A stretch of 64,000 nt of DNA from Dictyostelium discoideum (lineage: Eukaryota). The notes under the pieces were generated by a model, which did not search any database, was not told where the DNA came from, and saw nothing but the letters and a program-made list of their open reading frames with translations. Of this stretch, positions 30,516 to 40,727 are shown in pieces. The number at the start of each line of letters is the position of its first letter. The stretch's first letter is position 1. The position numbers were made by a program, and so were the translations under genes. Location: the NCBI GenBank assembly GCA_000004695.1, contig CM000155.2:3104001-3168000 (forward strand). Direction: 5' to 3'.

Positions 30516-30545
<30 letters not shown>
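29940..30545 (+). mobile_element. 5'-truncated non-LTR retrotransposon 3' fragment (TRE3-like), ending in poly(A). It begins ~109 bp downstream of tRNA-Ile.
   Basis: ~600-bp block with clearly lower AT content and an A/C-rich plus strand. Degenerate ORF with an ORF2-C-terminal-like Cys/His motif HSRCLPLNYLHNKDCPLC. Terminates in A27 at 30519-30545. The position matches the known TRE3 preference for ~100 bp downstream of tRNA genes. Confidence 0.4.
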
Positions 30546-30549
<4 letters not shown>

Positions 30550-30999
30550 AAATACAACAATATAACCAATTATTACTATTCAAATAATTAAAATAAAATA
30601 AAATAAACATTATTATTATTTATTTGTTTATTATTATAATTATCTTAAATGAAGACAATTTAGCAATGGAGAGATGAAACTATCTCGAAAACAAGGATTT
30701 TAAGTATCTCTATAGAGAATTAATAGTTTTATCTGTTTCGCAATTTTAATCCTTGTCGACTAATATTAATATTTAATTATTCCTAATTCTATTTAATTGT
30801 ATTTCTAATTTTTTCATTTTTTGTATTTTTTACTTCTAAAATATATAAATTAAATCATTTTTTTATTTTTAAAAAATATTTTTTATATTTATAATCTATT
30901 TTGAATTTTATTTTTTTAAAAAATGAATAAATAAGGAGATGTTCTATTTTTATTTTGTAATCATTTTGATTAATTAATTTTTAATTTTAAAAAATAATT

Positions 31000-31042
<43 letters not shown>

Positions 31043-31283
31043 CCACACCCCAAATCAAATAAATTTATTATTATTTTATTATTTTTATTTTTTTCACACT
31101 TTAATAATATACAACATAAAAAATAAAAATATAAAATAAATATAAAATAAAACATTTCAAATAATTTTTTTTATTAATACGATAATCATTAATATATAAA
31201 TAAAATCATATATAAATAATAAATATATAGATAGTATAGAAAGTTCAAAAAAAAAAAAAAAAAAAAGTTAAAAAGAAAATAAG

Positions 31284-32807
31284 ATGGTCAACATCTTCCT
31301 AATCATTGTTGCGGTTGTTATACCAGCACTTGTAGCTTTAGGAAGTTTGTATTTAATTGCATACTTTCAACATCCTGACGATAAAAATGTTGCCTATTTC
31401 CCGAAGATTATTGTTATTTTAGGTATTACTTTAGCAGCAACAAGTATATTAATGTTACCATTGGATGTAGCAAATCAAGGAGGAAAAGGCGGATTTCCAA
31501 TGGATATATTATGGATTGTTATATATATAGTAGTTGCAGTATTTGCAATTGTTATATGCCCATTTGCAATGTTCTTTTATGAATCAGAAGAAGCAGATCC
31601 AGCAGCAGGTAGTCAAATTGCAGGTGCATTCAAAGGTACATTTGCAATTCTTTTTGCATTTGCAGCATTAACTATTGTTTTATATGTATTCTTTGGAGTT
31701 GCAGAGATACCAACCATAGTGATTTTAAGTAGATTCCAAATTATTAATTATCCAATAGCAACTGATAGTATTAATATAACAACAACATTACCAGAGATAG
31801 CGTCAATCGTTGGTGGAGGGAATGATAAAATTAAATTGGATCCTGGAAATCCAGAATTATTAGGTAATGGCTCTGAATATGTAGAGTATCGTTTAGATAA
31901 AGAGTTTTTACAATTCCGTGTATCAATTGCACTTTTCATTATTACTATGGTTGCTTTCTTTGGTTGGTTATTATTCATTATTTTCGGTGGTATTGGTTTG
32001 GTTGCCCTTCCATTCGATATGATTACAGACTTTAAGAATCGTCCACAACGTATACCATACGATAAATATTTGGAAAGAAAGAAAAAGATTGGTGAACGTG
32101 CCACGGAATTGGTTGACGTTGGTAAGACCATTCAGTCACGTACCACTGGTGGTATCATGAGCAAACGTGATAGAAGAAATTACAATCGTTTCCGTCAAGC
32201 AATTTTCTTATTAGAAGAGGATTATGAACGTTTAAAGATTTCATACAAGAGACAAGGTGGCAAGGTCATACTTTATTATGCCCAGTTCTTTGGTGGTTTC
32301 ATTGCATTGGGTGTTAGTCTTGGTTGGCTACTTCATATCATAATCTATATGATCACAGCTCCAGAGCCATTCCATCCTTTCTTAAATAGTTTGGTGATAT
32401 CTTTGAATAATGCTTGGGGTTTCCTTGGTGTTATCGTCTATGGTTTACTCTCTTTCTATTTATTGTTCTGTGTTGTCAAGGGTAATTTCAAATTTGGGTT
32501 ACGTCTTTTCTTCCTCTTCCCAATTCACCCAATGAGGGTTGGTAATACCATGATGAATGCTTTCCTATTCAATGTTGGTTTAATCCTTATCACATCGGTT
32601 TCAATCACTCACTTTTGTACAATGGCTTTCTCTCAATTCACTTCAACAACTTCCATTAATTCACTCTTTGAAACTGCTGTTAAAAATCTTAAAATCTTAA
32701 AATGGTTCTGGGTTGTCTATATCTTTGCCATCTTTGCTATGTCAATTCTTACTGCTATCTTTTTATTCATTAAACCTAAAGATAAACCAGCTAGAATTCG
32801 TGTATAA
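31284..32807 (+). CDS. LMBR1-domain multi-pass membrane protein (LMBRD1 / lysosomal cobalamin transport escort-like), 507 aa, single exon.
   Basis: ~9 predicted TM helices. Central charged loop [25 protein letters not shown] resembles the LMBD1 loop ARDKRALKQFEEKLRTLKKRERHLE. N-terminal LPLDVANQ motif. Confidence 0.55.
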   Translation: MVNIFLIIVAVVIPALVALGSLYLIAYFQHPDDKNVAYFPKIIVILGITLAATSILMLPLDVANQGGKGGFPMDILWIVIYIVVAVFAIVICPFAMFFYESEEADPAAGSQIAGAFKGTFAILFAFAALTIVLYVFFGVAEIPTIVILSRFQIINYPIATDSINITTTLPEIASIVGGGNDKIKLDPGNPELLGNGSEYVEYRLDKEFLQFRVSIALFIITMVAFFGWLLFIIFGGIGLVALPFDMITDFKNRPQRIPYDKYLERKKKIGERATELVDVGKTIQSRTTGGIMSKRDRRNYNRFRQAIFLLEEDYERLKISYKRQGGKVILYYAQFFGGFIALGVSLGWLLHIIIYMITAPEPFHPFLNSLVISLNNAWGFLGVIVYGLLSFYLLFCVVKGNFKFGLRLFFLFPIHPMRVGNTMMNAFLFNVGLILITSVSITHFCTMAFSQFTSTTSINSLFETAVKNLKILKWFWVVYIFAIFAMSILTAIFLFIKPKDKPARIRV

Positions 32808-33355
32808 TTAATTATAATAATATATTAATATTTCAAAAAATCATAATCAATAAAATCATTTTATTTCATTTCAATTGTTTTTTTTCTATTTATTTTAAAT
32901 TTAATTATTTTAAATATAATTATAATATAATTATAATATTAATAATAACAATTATATTGAGTATATTCAATAATCAAAAAAAAAAAAAAAAAATGTAAAT
33001 AAAAACAAAAATAAAAATTAATTGTTTGAGATTTTAGATCGTAATAGTTTTTTAGAATCAAATCGTATAAAATTTTTAATGCATTATCTTTTTTCATTTC
33101 AATATTATTAGAATCACATAGTTTTTTAATAAAATGAATTTGTCAAAAGAGATACTAAAATAAAATTATTATTTTGATTTGATTTAAATACAGATATTAT
33201 TTTAGTTTAGATCATCAATATTTATTAATGCTTTGATTGTTTTTTTCTTATTTTTTGTATGTATGGAAATTATTTTGTGTTAGATTTTCTTTGATCATTA
33301 ATTGTGTGTTCCTTTATTTATTAAATCAATACATAAATAAAAACTACTTCGAAAA

Positions 33356-33365
33356 GAATCGAACC
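33356..33365 (-). promoter_or_regulatory. External B box (GGTTCGATTC on the minus strand) 32 bp downstream of the minus-strand tRNA-Lys
   Basis: The plus-strand sequence gaatcgaacc is the reverse complement of the B-box consensus. Confidence 0.5.
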
Positions 33366-33396
33366 ATTGACTATTTTTGTTCCAAATGAAAAGTTT

Positions 33397-33469
33397 CGCC
33401 CAAAGGGGGGCTCGAACCCCCGACCACAAGGTTAAAAGCCTTGCGCTCTACCGACTGAGCTATCTGGGC
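33397..33469 (-). tRNA. tRNA-Lys (anticodon TTT), copy 1
   Basis: Reverse complement GCCCAGATAGCTCAGTCGGTAGAGCGCAAGGCTTTTAACCTTGTGGTCGGGGGTTCGAGCCCCCCTTTGGGCG. Anticodon loop CTTTTAA. Confidence 0.85.
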
Positions 33470-33514
33470 TTTGGATGAAAAAATATTTTTTAAAAAATAT
33501 AATATATCTAATTT

Positions 33515-33978
33515 CAGATCGAAAAAAACAAACAACAACAACAATCTCTTTTTTTGATTATTTCATTTTTCATATAAAAAAGACTTAAAAAACAAATAAA
33601 TAAATAAATAAACTATTTTAAAAAGCCATCTTTTTACTTTATTGTAATTTATTATTTGTTTCGTTTTGAGAATTTTGCGTAGCAAAATTTTCAAAAAAAA
33701 AGCAAAAAATAATCAGATCGAAAAAAACAAACAACAACAACAATCTCTTTTTTTGATTATTTCATTTTTCATATAAAAAAGACTTAAAAAACAAATAAAT
33801 AAATAAATAAACTATTTTAAAAAGCCATCTTTTTACTTTATTGTAATTTATTATTTGTTTCGTTTTGAGAATTTTGCGTAGCAAAATTTTCAAAAAAAAA
33901 GCAAAAAATAATCAGATCGAAAAAAACAAACAACAACAATCTCTTTTTTTGATTATTTCATTTTTCATATAAAAAAGA

Positions 33979-33990
<12 letters not shown>
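33515..33990 (+). repeat. Tandem array of TRE5-A A-modules: ~200-bp unit x 2.4
   Basis: Units start with cagatcgaaaaaaacaaacaacaac at 33514, 33714 and 33913. The third unit is truncated and replaced by poly(A). Confidence 0.8.
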
Positions 33991-34014
<24 letters not shown>

Positions 34015-34090
34015 GGAACCCAAGTTAATCAGAAAATTTCCAGATTTTTAACTTTTTAAAGAAAAATAAAAAAAATAGAAAGAAAATAAG

Positions 34091-35425
34091 ATGAAAATCA
34101 CAAACAACACCACAAATATTAAGCAACACAAATGCCTACAAAAAATAAGCGAAATTGTGGATAAAACTCAATTAAAAAAAAAACAATTCAAATACGTCAT
34201 AAACATCAATCACGAACCAGACGATAAAATAAAAAAAGATTTAGAAAAAAGTTTGGACAAAAAAGATGTTTTAATCAAAAGTAATAATACATTCAAAATT
34301 CTCACAGACAGTATTAGTACAGTAATCTATTTTGTAAATATGTTTGATGCAGAATTAAAAGGACAATTTATAACCACTATAAGACCAAAAAATATGTATA
34401 CAGATTTTGATTGGTATAAATCACTCACAGAAATAGAATGGGTAATAGAAAATGAAGGATGTAAACTAATTAAATTAGAAATTAAAGGCGAAACTCTAAT
34501 TATCAAAACAGTGAAAAGAGTCGTAGAAGAATTTGACACTATCATTGAACTAGACAATCTAACATTAATTGGACACTCCAACAAAGGATGGAGAGATCAA
34601 ACCTCATTACCAGAAAATCAAGAAGAAAACAAAAATAAAAAACAATCAGATGAACAACAACCACAATCTACATCAGAACAAATACCAAAACAAGGAAAAA
34701 GAACAATCATTATCCCACCAATCACATCCTCATCTAATGATAAAACATTTATGGCCCTAGATGATACAGCTCAAAAGGTAATAGAAGCATCACTAGAAAA
34801 CGTAGATGAACTAACAAGAATAGAGAATGAGATCAATACACAATCGATAAACAATCAAGAAATTAAAACAAAATCAGAAAAACCTATCGAACCACCATCT
34901 CCATACAATACACCAATAAAACAACACGGCGAAACAAAGGGACTAACAACGGAAGAAAAACTTAGAGAGGCAAATGATATCTTCGACTTCACCAGCCCAA
35001 ACACTGATGCAATAAGAAAAATAGAATTCCCACTTTCAATCCCTTCAAATCAATGGTTCTTCTCCTCTCCAATAAAACATATCATGAGTTTCAGCCCAAC
35101 CTATGGTACACCATCGAAAATTATCGATTCACCAAGTAAATTGTTAAACACACCAAAAAAGAAACAACAAGACAAAACAAACAAGACCAACAAAACACCA
35201 GTCAAACCAAAATTGGGTGAATATGGACAAAAAAGCATAAAAACAAAAATGGATGAAGATATAGACAACTTCAACAAGGAAATTCTAAAACAAATCAATA
35301 AATCAAAAAACCCCACAAACACACAAGACCAACAACACAACGAACAAAGTAAAGATCAGTTAGAAGACAAAATAAACCAGAAACTTCAAAAGGTAGATAA
35401 AAATCTACCCCAAATAAAACTATAA
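34091..35425 (+). CDS. TRE5-A ORF1 protein (444 aa), intact reading frame
   Basis: ATG-initiated ORF MKITNNTTNIKQHKCLQKISEIVDK.... The same N-terminal 60 codons recur in the 3' B-module at 35824-36002. Confidence 0.7.
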   Translation: MKITNNTTNIKQHKCLQKISEIVDKTQLKKKQFKYVININHEPDDKIKKDLEKSLDKKDVLIKSNNTFKILTDSISTVIYFVNMFDAELKGQFITTIRPKNMYTDFDWYKSLTEIEWVIENEGCKLIKLEIKGETLIIKTVKRVVEEFDTIIELDNLTLIGHSNKGWRDQTSLPENQEENKNKKQSDEQQPQSTSEQIPKQGKRTIIIPPITSSSNDKTFMALDDTAQKVIEASLENVDELTRIENEINTQSINNQEIKTKSEKPIEPPSPYNTPIKQHGETKGLTTEEKLREANDIFDFTSPNTDAIRKIEFPLSIPSNQWFFSSPIKHIMSFSPTYGTPSKIIDSPSKLLNTPKKKQQDKTNKTNKTPVKPKLGEYGQKSIKTKMDEDIDNFNKEILKQINKSKNPTNTQDQQHNEQSKDQLEDKINQKLQKVDKNLPQIKL

Positions 35426-35439
35426 AGAAAAACACAATA

Positions 35440-35700
35440 AGAATAGGTGTTTGGAACATCCAAGGATCCAACACCATCCAATCTGCCAGCATAATAAACA
35501 CCGTTTTAGACAACAACAAGCTGGACGCAGCACTTCTAACTGAAACAAATATAAAAACAAATAAAATTTACTCAATAAATCAACAATATAAAAACAAAAT
35601 AACACACCACGCACCAATTGATAAAACAGGACAAGGGGTGTCACAAATCATCATCAACACCCGCAATAGAACTTCCTAAACATCTCAAAAAATACAATAA
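35440..35700 (+). pseudogene. Truncated ORF2 (endonuclease N-terminus only) of the TRE5-A copy
   Basis: RIGVWNIQGSNTIQSASIINTVLDNNKLDAALLTETNIK... ends after ~85 codons and is followed by the 3' B-module poly(A). Confidence 0.55.
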
Positions 35701-35721
35701 TTCACTCAGTACTTTCTATAA

Positions 35722-35782
<61 letters not shown>

Positions 35783-37182
35783 CAAGTTAATCAGAAAAAT
35801 AAAAAAGATAGAAAGAAAATAAAATGAAAATCACAAACAACACCACAAATATTAAGCAACACAAATGCCTACAAAAAATAAGCGAAATTGTGGATAAAAC
35901 TCAATTAAAAAAAAAACAATTCAAATACGTCATAAACATCAATCACGAACCAGACGATAAAATAAAAAAAGATTTAGAAAAAAGTTTGGACAAAAAAGAT
36001 GTTTTAATCAAAAAGACCCTGTAAAAAAAAAAAATAAATAAAATGAGATCTAGCATCTCAAGGAGAAGCAAATAATAATTGCGTTATCCAATTCAAAAAA
36101 AAAAATATATCTAATTTCCAAATTCAAAATAGTGAATTAAATATTAACCAACAATTTAGTGTCTATGGAGATATTAATGATAAAACTAGCGATTATATTT
36201 TGGTTTTATACCAACAGTACAGAAGTTCTCCTGGTAATATAATAGTTAATAATGTTGAAGAACAACATCAATGTTATCAATCGAATAACGAAAATTCAAA
36301 TGTATTGGGTAAACCATTGGAAAAAGTAGAACATGGTCACGTGGAGCATTTCTCTCCAAATAGTCGAGATTGTGATAGATCAAAACCTGTAGACATCGAA
36401 ACCGATAAAAATTAGAAATTTAATTTTTTGGGTACTATTGACAGTAGAAGTTAAGAAAGTAAAGCAGAATCAACACCAACTAGTACTATTCAAGGTAGTT
36501 TAATCAGTGTATGGTCATTTGATAGATCAGTTGATCATGTTGTTTTAGGAACAACTGTAAAACATGGTATGAGTGATAGTGGTAGTTGGAAGTAACATCA
36601 AACATAATAACAATTACCATATTAAAGAACATAACAAAGTAAGTGAAAAAGTTATCTATTTAAATTCAAAAAATCCATTTGCTGAATTCTATAATCACAA
36701 ACCATTTACAAATAATTTTACTATCAATCATTAATGAGTTAAAATTTACTCAAGATATATTAAAAATTTTTTAAAATAAAAATAATTAAATAAATAAAAA
36801 TTATAAAAAGTTTAGATAATAGTTTTTTTTTTATTTATTTTTAAAAATAATCTATTTTCAATATATACTCCGCTCATTGTTGTATAAATTATAAACCAAT
36901 TAAATTTTTGATTAAAAAAAAAAGGTAAAGAAAACTGAATATTTAATCCCATTGTTTGTTTGAGATTTTAGATCCATCATCTTTTGTCCATTTCAATATT
37001 ATAAGAATCATTGAATTTTTATAATATTGATCAATCAAATATGGAAGAATATTATAATTTTAATATCAATAACCAACATCATGTCATGAATTCTATAGTT
37101 TTCATGCCACTGGTGGTGAATCGGTTGAACCAGAAGATGAATAATAAATATTTTTAGATGGATGAGATATATCATCTCAAGG

Positions 37183-37334
37183 AGAAGCAAATAACATTTG
37201 CGCTACCCATTCAAAAGCTTCTCTTTGAGTAAATTAATGATAACTTTTTTTTGAATTGGATAACGCAATTATTAGTTTCTTTTCCTTGAGATGCTAGATT
37301 TCATTTTATTTGTAGTAATTTTACAGGGTCTTTA
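37183..37334. repeat. Palindromic cluster of TRE5-A C-module fragments: a direct partial copy at 37183-37227 and an inverted, near-complete copy at 37235-37334
   Basis: 37235-37334 is the reverse complement of 36003-36100 (aaagaccctgtaaa...catctcaaggagaagcaaataa..ttgcgttatccaattcaaaaaaaa). 37183-37227 repeats atctcaaggagaagcaaataacatttgcgctacccattcaaaag in direct orientation. Confidence 0.6.
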
Positions 37335-37443
37335 AAAGAGGGGTTAGTTTACAAAATGTAGATAACATGATAATAACGGACCAGACTTAATTTAAATTTA
37401 TGGTAAAGGGTTTTAACTATTTTTTTTTTCATTAACATCCAAA

Positions 37444-37516
37444 GCCCAGATAGCTCAGTCGGTAGAGCGCAAGGCTTTTAACCTTGTGGTCGGGGGTTCG
37501 AGCCCCCCTTTGGGCG
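37444..37516 (+). tRNA. tRNA-Lys (anticodon TTT), copy 2, identical to copy 1 and in inverted orientation
   Basis: The same 73-nt sequence as 33397-33469 on the opposite strand. The immediate 5' flanks are similar (tttttcat..ccaa). Confidence 0.85.
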
Positions 37517-37545
37517 AAACTTTTCCCCTGGAACATAAGGGCAGA

Positions 37546-37555
37546 GGTTCGATTC
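37546..37555 (+). promoter_or_regulatory. External B box GGTTCGATTC 30 bp downstream of tRNA-Lys copy 2
   Basis: Consensus B-box match outside the tRNA body. Confidence 0.5.
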
Positions 37556-37824
37556 TGATTAAAAATTATATCACCATTTTTTAAATCGTAAATTAAAAAT
37601 CAAAAATTAAAATCTCAAATGACTTGGTTGTTTTTTATTAATTCGATAATATATTTAAAACTGATATATTGAAAAATAAAAAATTTCTCTAAAGAGAAAC
37701 AAATTCAATTGAATCCTCTCAAAATATTTATTTATTTTTTAAATCAAAAACTTTGGATGATAACTTCATATTTTAAATAATATTTTGTTGGATATTAAAA
37801 AAAAAAAAAAAAAAAAAAATCTGT

Positions 37825-37863
<39 letters not shown>

Positions 37864-37894
37864 CTTTGCATTTTTTCCAACCTCAGAGTAAAGA

Positions 37895-40669
37895 ATGGAT
37901 ATCTTATATAAAAAAGTATTTAATAATAAATTTTTACAGAATAAAATTTATAATTATATTCAATTCAAAGATAGAGAAGAGAATAATAATGATTTAGAGA
38001 AATGTTTTAATGAATATATTAAGTATTATAATGTTCAAGATTTAGAGATTGAAAGATTGGTATTAAGAAAAGAGTATAGATTATTATTTGAAACTATTGA
38101 TAATTATTTTCAATATGGTATAGTTGATCCAATCCGATATTGGTATTATATAATCACACCAAGTAAATATGAGATTAAATTATTGATTCAATTGAGTGGA
38201 TTAGGATTCGAAAGATTTCTATTACTTTATAACGAATTCACAATACTATTCAAAAGATTAAAACACCAACTATTAAGAAACGTATTAATTAGTGGTAATG
38301 AAGAGATATTCAATTTCCTTTTGAACAAAGGTTATAAATTAAATCTAACAATTAATTGGGATAATTCTGAATTTTCAAAATTAAATTGTGCTGGTAATAT
38401 TAATTTATTTAAATTAATAATTGAAAATCATTATACTCGTTTCAATAGTGATTTAGATTTAATCTCATTTAAATTATTATTAAAATTATCATCTCAAATT
38501 AGATATCAAATTGGACAAGTAAAAAGTAATAGTTTTTATTTATCAGTTCAAAATCATAATAACAATCCATTTTATTCTTCTCCTCCAAGTAATAATAATA
38601 ATAATAATAACAATGGATCTATATATAAAATTTATCATACAGAAATTTCAAATGATTGGAATAATGATAAATGTTGGTCAAATTTTAATTATTTAGATAT
38701 TTATAGATATTTAATGAATAGAGTTGAAATTACATGTATACCAATTTCAAAATTATTTGTATCATTTAGAGTTTCAGATATTTCATTAGCAAAAGCAATT
38801 TGTGAATATAGTAATGAAAGGGTTCATCATCAAACTGGTGAAGGTATTGATGAAGTTGATTCTTATATTACAAAATTGGGTATAATCTTAAATACATTGA
38901 AATATCGCAATTCCTATAGATCTCAATTGCTATCAATACCACAAAGTATTTATCAAGTTTTAAAATTCACATTAGAGAATCATATTAGTAGAGAAAAGAA
39001 AACTGACCAACTTTATGGTAACATTGAAAATATTTTTAAACCAATCCATTCAAAACATCCATTTGCAAATGATATATCTCATCATCATTTAAATGATGAT
39101 CCAACTAATCCAGTAACAGTTTATTCAATCAATTATAATCAACTAAATGATGATGATGATAGATTATTTAAATTATTTTTAGAAAATGATTATTTACCAA
39201 ATTGTTTAGATGAATTTAAATATATGTTATCAAAGAATTTAAAAATTAAAAATGAATCTGATAATATTGGTAAACTATTTATACATTGCTCAAATCAGTT
39301 AACAGATTTTGAATTTTTAAAATTTTGTTATCAACATTATCAACCAAATTCAAAAGAAATTTTAAAAAATGTAATTCATGATTGTATTATTTCAACATTT
39401 GAAATTTCAACATGGATTATAAATCAAGTATTTCCTTATGGTTATTGTAATAGTGATATTAATCAATTCATTCCAAAGTCTCCATCAAATTATTGTTTAC
39501 AAAATTTAATTATTTTTGATCAAAAATCACTTGAACTAGTATTACCAATTATTAATATCGATTTAAATCTATTTAAATCAATAATTGGCTTTAAAAATTC
39601 AAATTTTTATTTTGTTTTCATTCAATTATATAAAAAATTACTTTTAGAAAAAGCTAATGATCCAACAAGTGTATCCAATATAACAAGTGAAATATTGAAA
39701 TCTATTTACTATAAAGATTGGTTCCCATTATTTAAATATATTCTTGATAATGATTATAAAGGTAATAATGAAAAAATTCAATCTATCTATAAATCTTTTA
39801 AAAAAACTCAACCTTATCAACTTCATCCAAAATATCATTCATTAATTCAATTTACTCTATCAAATAATATTAATAATAATAATAATAACCATCCAAATTA
39901 TTTAAATTTCATTATTAATTCAATGTATCAAAATGGTGAACAACTTTTAAAAGTTTATGATGGTAGTTTATCAACAATTAAAAATAATTTACAATCAATT
40001 AAATTTAATTCAACAAAAGTTTTAAATAATGTATTTGAAAATATTATATCTCCTCATTATATAATTCCAAATCAAAATAATAATAATAATAACCATTCAA
40101 ATTATTTTATTTCAAGATTAATTGGAACAAGTATTAAGAAATTTTATTTTTTATTAAATTTTAATGATAATGATAATAATAATAATAATTATATTAGTGT
40201 TAATAATAATTTTTTAAAAATTAATTTTAAAATTATAATTAAAGAATCAATTTTATCAAATTATTTATCAATTTTAAAATATATAATTTTTAGAAATGAT
40301 AATAAAGAAAAAGTATTTGGTAGTAGTAGTGATTTTCAATTTATGATTGAATTTCATTCATACTTTTTATTTTATTCAATATTATCATTTTTAGAGAAAA
40401 GAAATAATAGAAAACAATATTCAATTGGTAATTCATTATTATTAAAATCATCTTTAGAAATTGTTAATCATTGTATAGAAATTTTTAACAACCATTCAAT
40501 ATATTATCAATTAAATCAAATTTTAAATTTTATTAAAAATGAAAATGTTTCTTTAATATTATTTAAAAATAATTTAAATTTATTTTTAAATAATATTAAT
40601 CAAATATCAATTAATGAAGATAAATTAAAAAAATTTTTATTAAATTTAAAAAAAAATATAAATGAATAA
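37895..40669 (+). CDS. Asn-rich hypothetical protein (924 aa), single exon. Paralog of the 5284-7374 gene.
   Basis: ATG at 37895. Shared N-terminal motif (L/Y)KKVFNNKFLQNKIYNYIQF. Many poly-N tracts. Confidence 0.55.
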   Translation: MDILYKKVFNNKFLQNKIYNYIQFKDREENNNDLEKCFNEYIKYYNVQDLEIERLVLRKEYRLLFETIDNYFQYGIVDPIRYWYYIITPSKYEIKLLIQLSGLGFERFLLLYNEFTILFKRLKHQLLRNVLISGNEEIFNFLLNKGYKLNLTINWDNSEFSKLNCAGNINLFKLIIENHYTRFNSDLDLISFKLLLKLSSQIRYQIGQVKSNSFYLSVQNHNNNPFYSSPPSNNNNNNNNGSIYKIYHTEISNDWNNDKCWSNFNYLDIYRYLMNRVEITCIPISKLFVSFRVSDISLAKAICEYSNERVHHQTGEGIDEVDSYITKLGIILNTLKYRNSYRSQLLSIPQSIYQVLKFTLENHISREKKTDQLYGNIENIFKPIHSKHPFANDISHHHLNDDPTNPVTVYSINYNQLNDDDDRLFKLFLENDYLPNCLDEFKYMLSKNLKIKNESDNIGKLFIHCSNQLTDFEFLKFCYQHYQPNSKEILKNVIHDCIISTFEISTWIINQVFPYGYCNSDINQFIPKSPSNYCLQNLIIFDQKSLELVLPIINIDLNLFKSIIGFKNSNFYFVFIQLYKKLLLEKANDPTSVSNITSEILKSIYYKDWFPLFKYILDNDYKGNNEKIQSIYKSFKKTQPYQLHPKYHSLIQFTLSNNINNNNNNHPNYLNFIINSMYQNGEQLLKVYDGSLSTIKNNLQSIKFNSTKVLNNVFENIISPHYIIPNQNNNNNNHSNYFISRLIGTSIKKFYFLLNFNDNDNNNNNYISVNNNFLKINFKIIIKESILSNYLSILKYIIFRNDNKEKVFGSSSDFQFMIEFHSYFLFYSILSFLEKRNNRKQYSIGNSLLLKSSLEIVNHCIEIFNNHSIYYQLNQILNFIKNENVSLILFKNNLNLFLNNINQISINEDKLKKFLLNLKKNINE

Positions 40670-40727
40670 ATAAATAAATAAATAATTAAAAGTTTTGTTT
40701 TATTTTATTTTATTTTATTTTATTATT

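Larger units (their letters stand above)
33516..36104 (+). mobile_element. TRE5-A non-LTR retrotransposon, internally deleted ~2.6-kb form (TRE5-A.2-like), inserted 47 bp upstream of tRNA-Lys and flanked by a 14-15 bp target-site duplication.
   Basis: TSD aatatatctaatttc at 33501-33515 and 36104-36118. 5' A-module present as 2 full plus 1 partial ~200-bp tandem units (33515-33990). 5' B-module (poly-A then cccaagttaatcag) leading into ORF1 (34091-35425, 444 aa, ~51 kDa). ORF2 N-terminus with APE-like start IGVWNIQG, truncated at ~35700. 3' B-module (35721-36002), which repeats the first ~60 codons of ORF1. C-module (36003-36103) ending in oligo(A). Confidence 0.75.

Noticed and set aside
31041-31055. 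ccccacaccccaaat upstream of the LMBR1 gene as a DUSE element for an ncRNA
   Set aside because: Imperfect match, and nothing but A/T sequence lies 60 bp downstream. More likely a generic C-rich promoter element.
35824-36024. Apparent second copy of the retrotransposon ORF1 start (track ORF MKITNNTTNIKQHK…), which could suggest a tandem second element
   Set aside because: It is the 3' B-module of the same TRE5-A copy. The B-module includes the first ~60 ORF1 codons, is preceded by the same poly(A)+cccaagttaatcag, and is followed directly by the C-module and the TSD.
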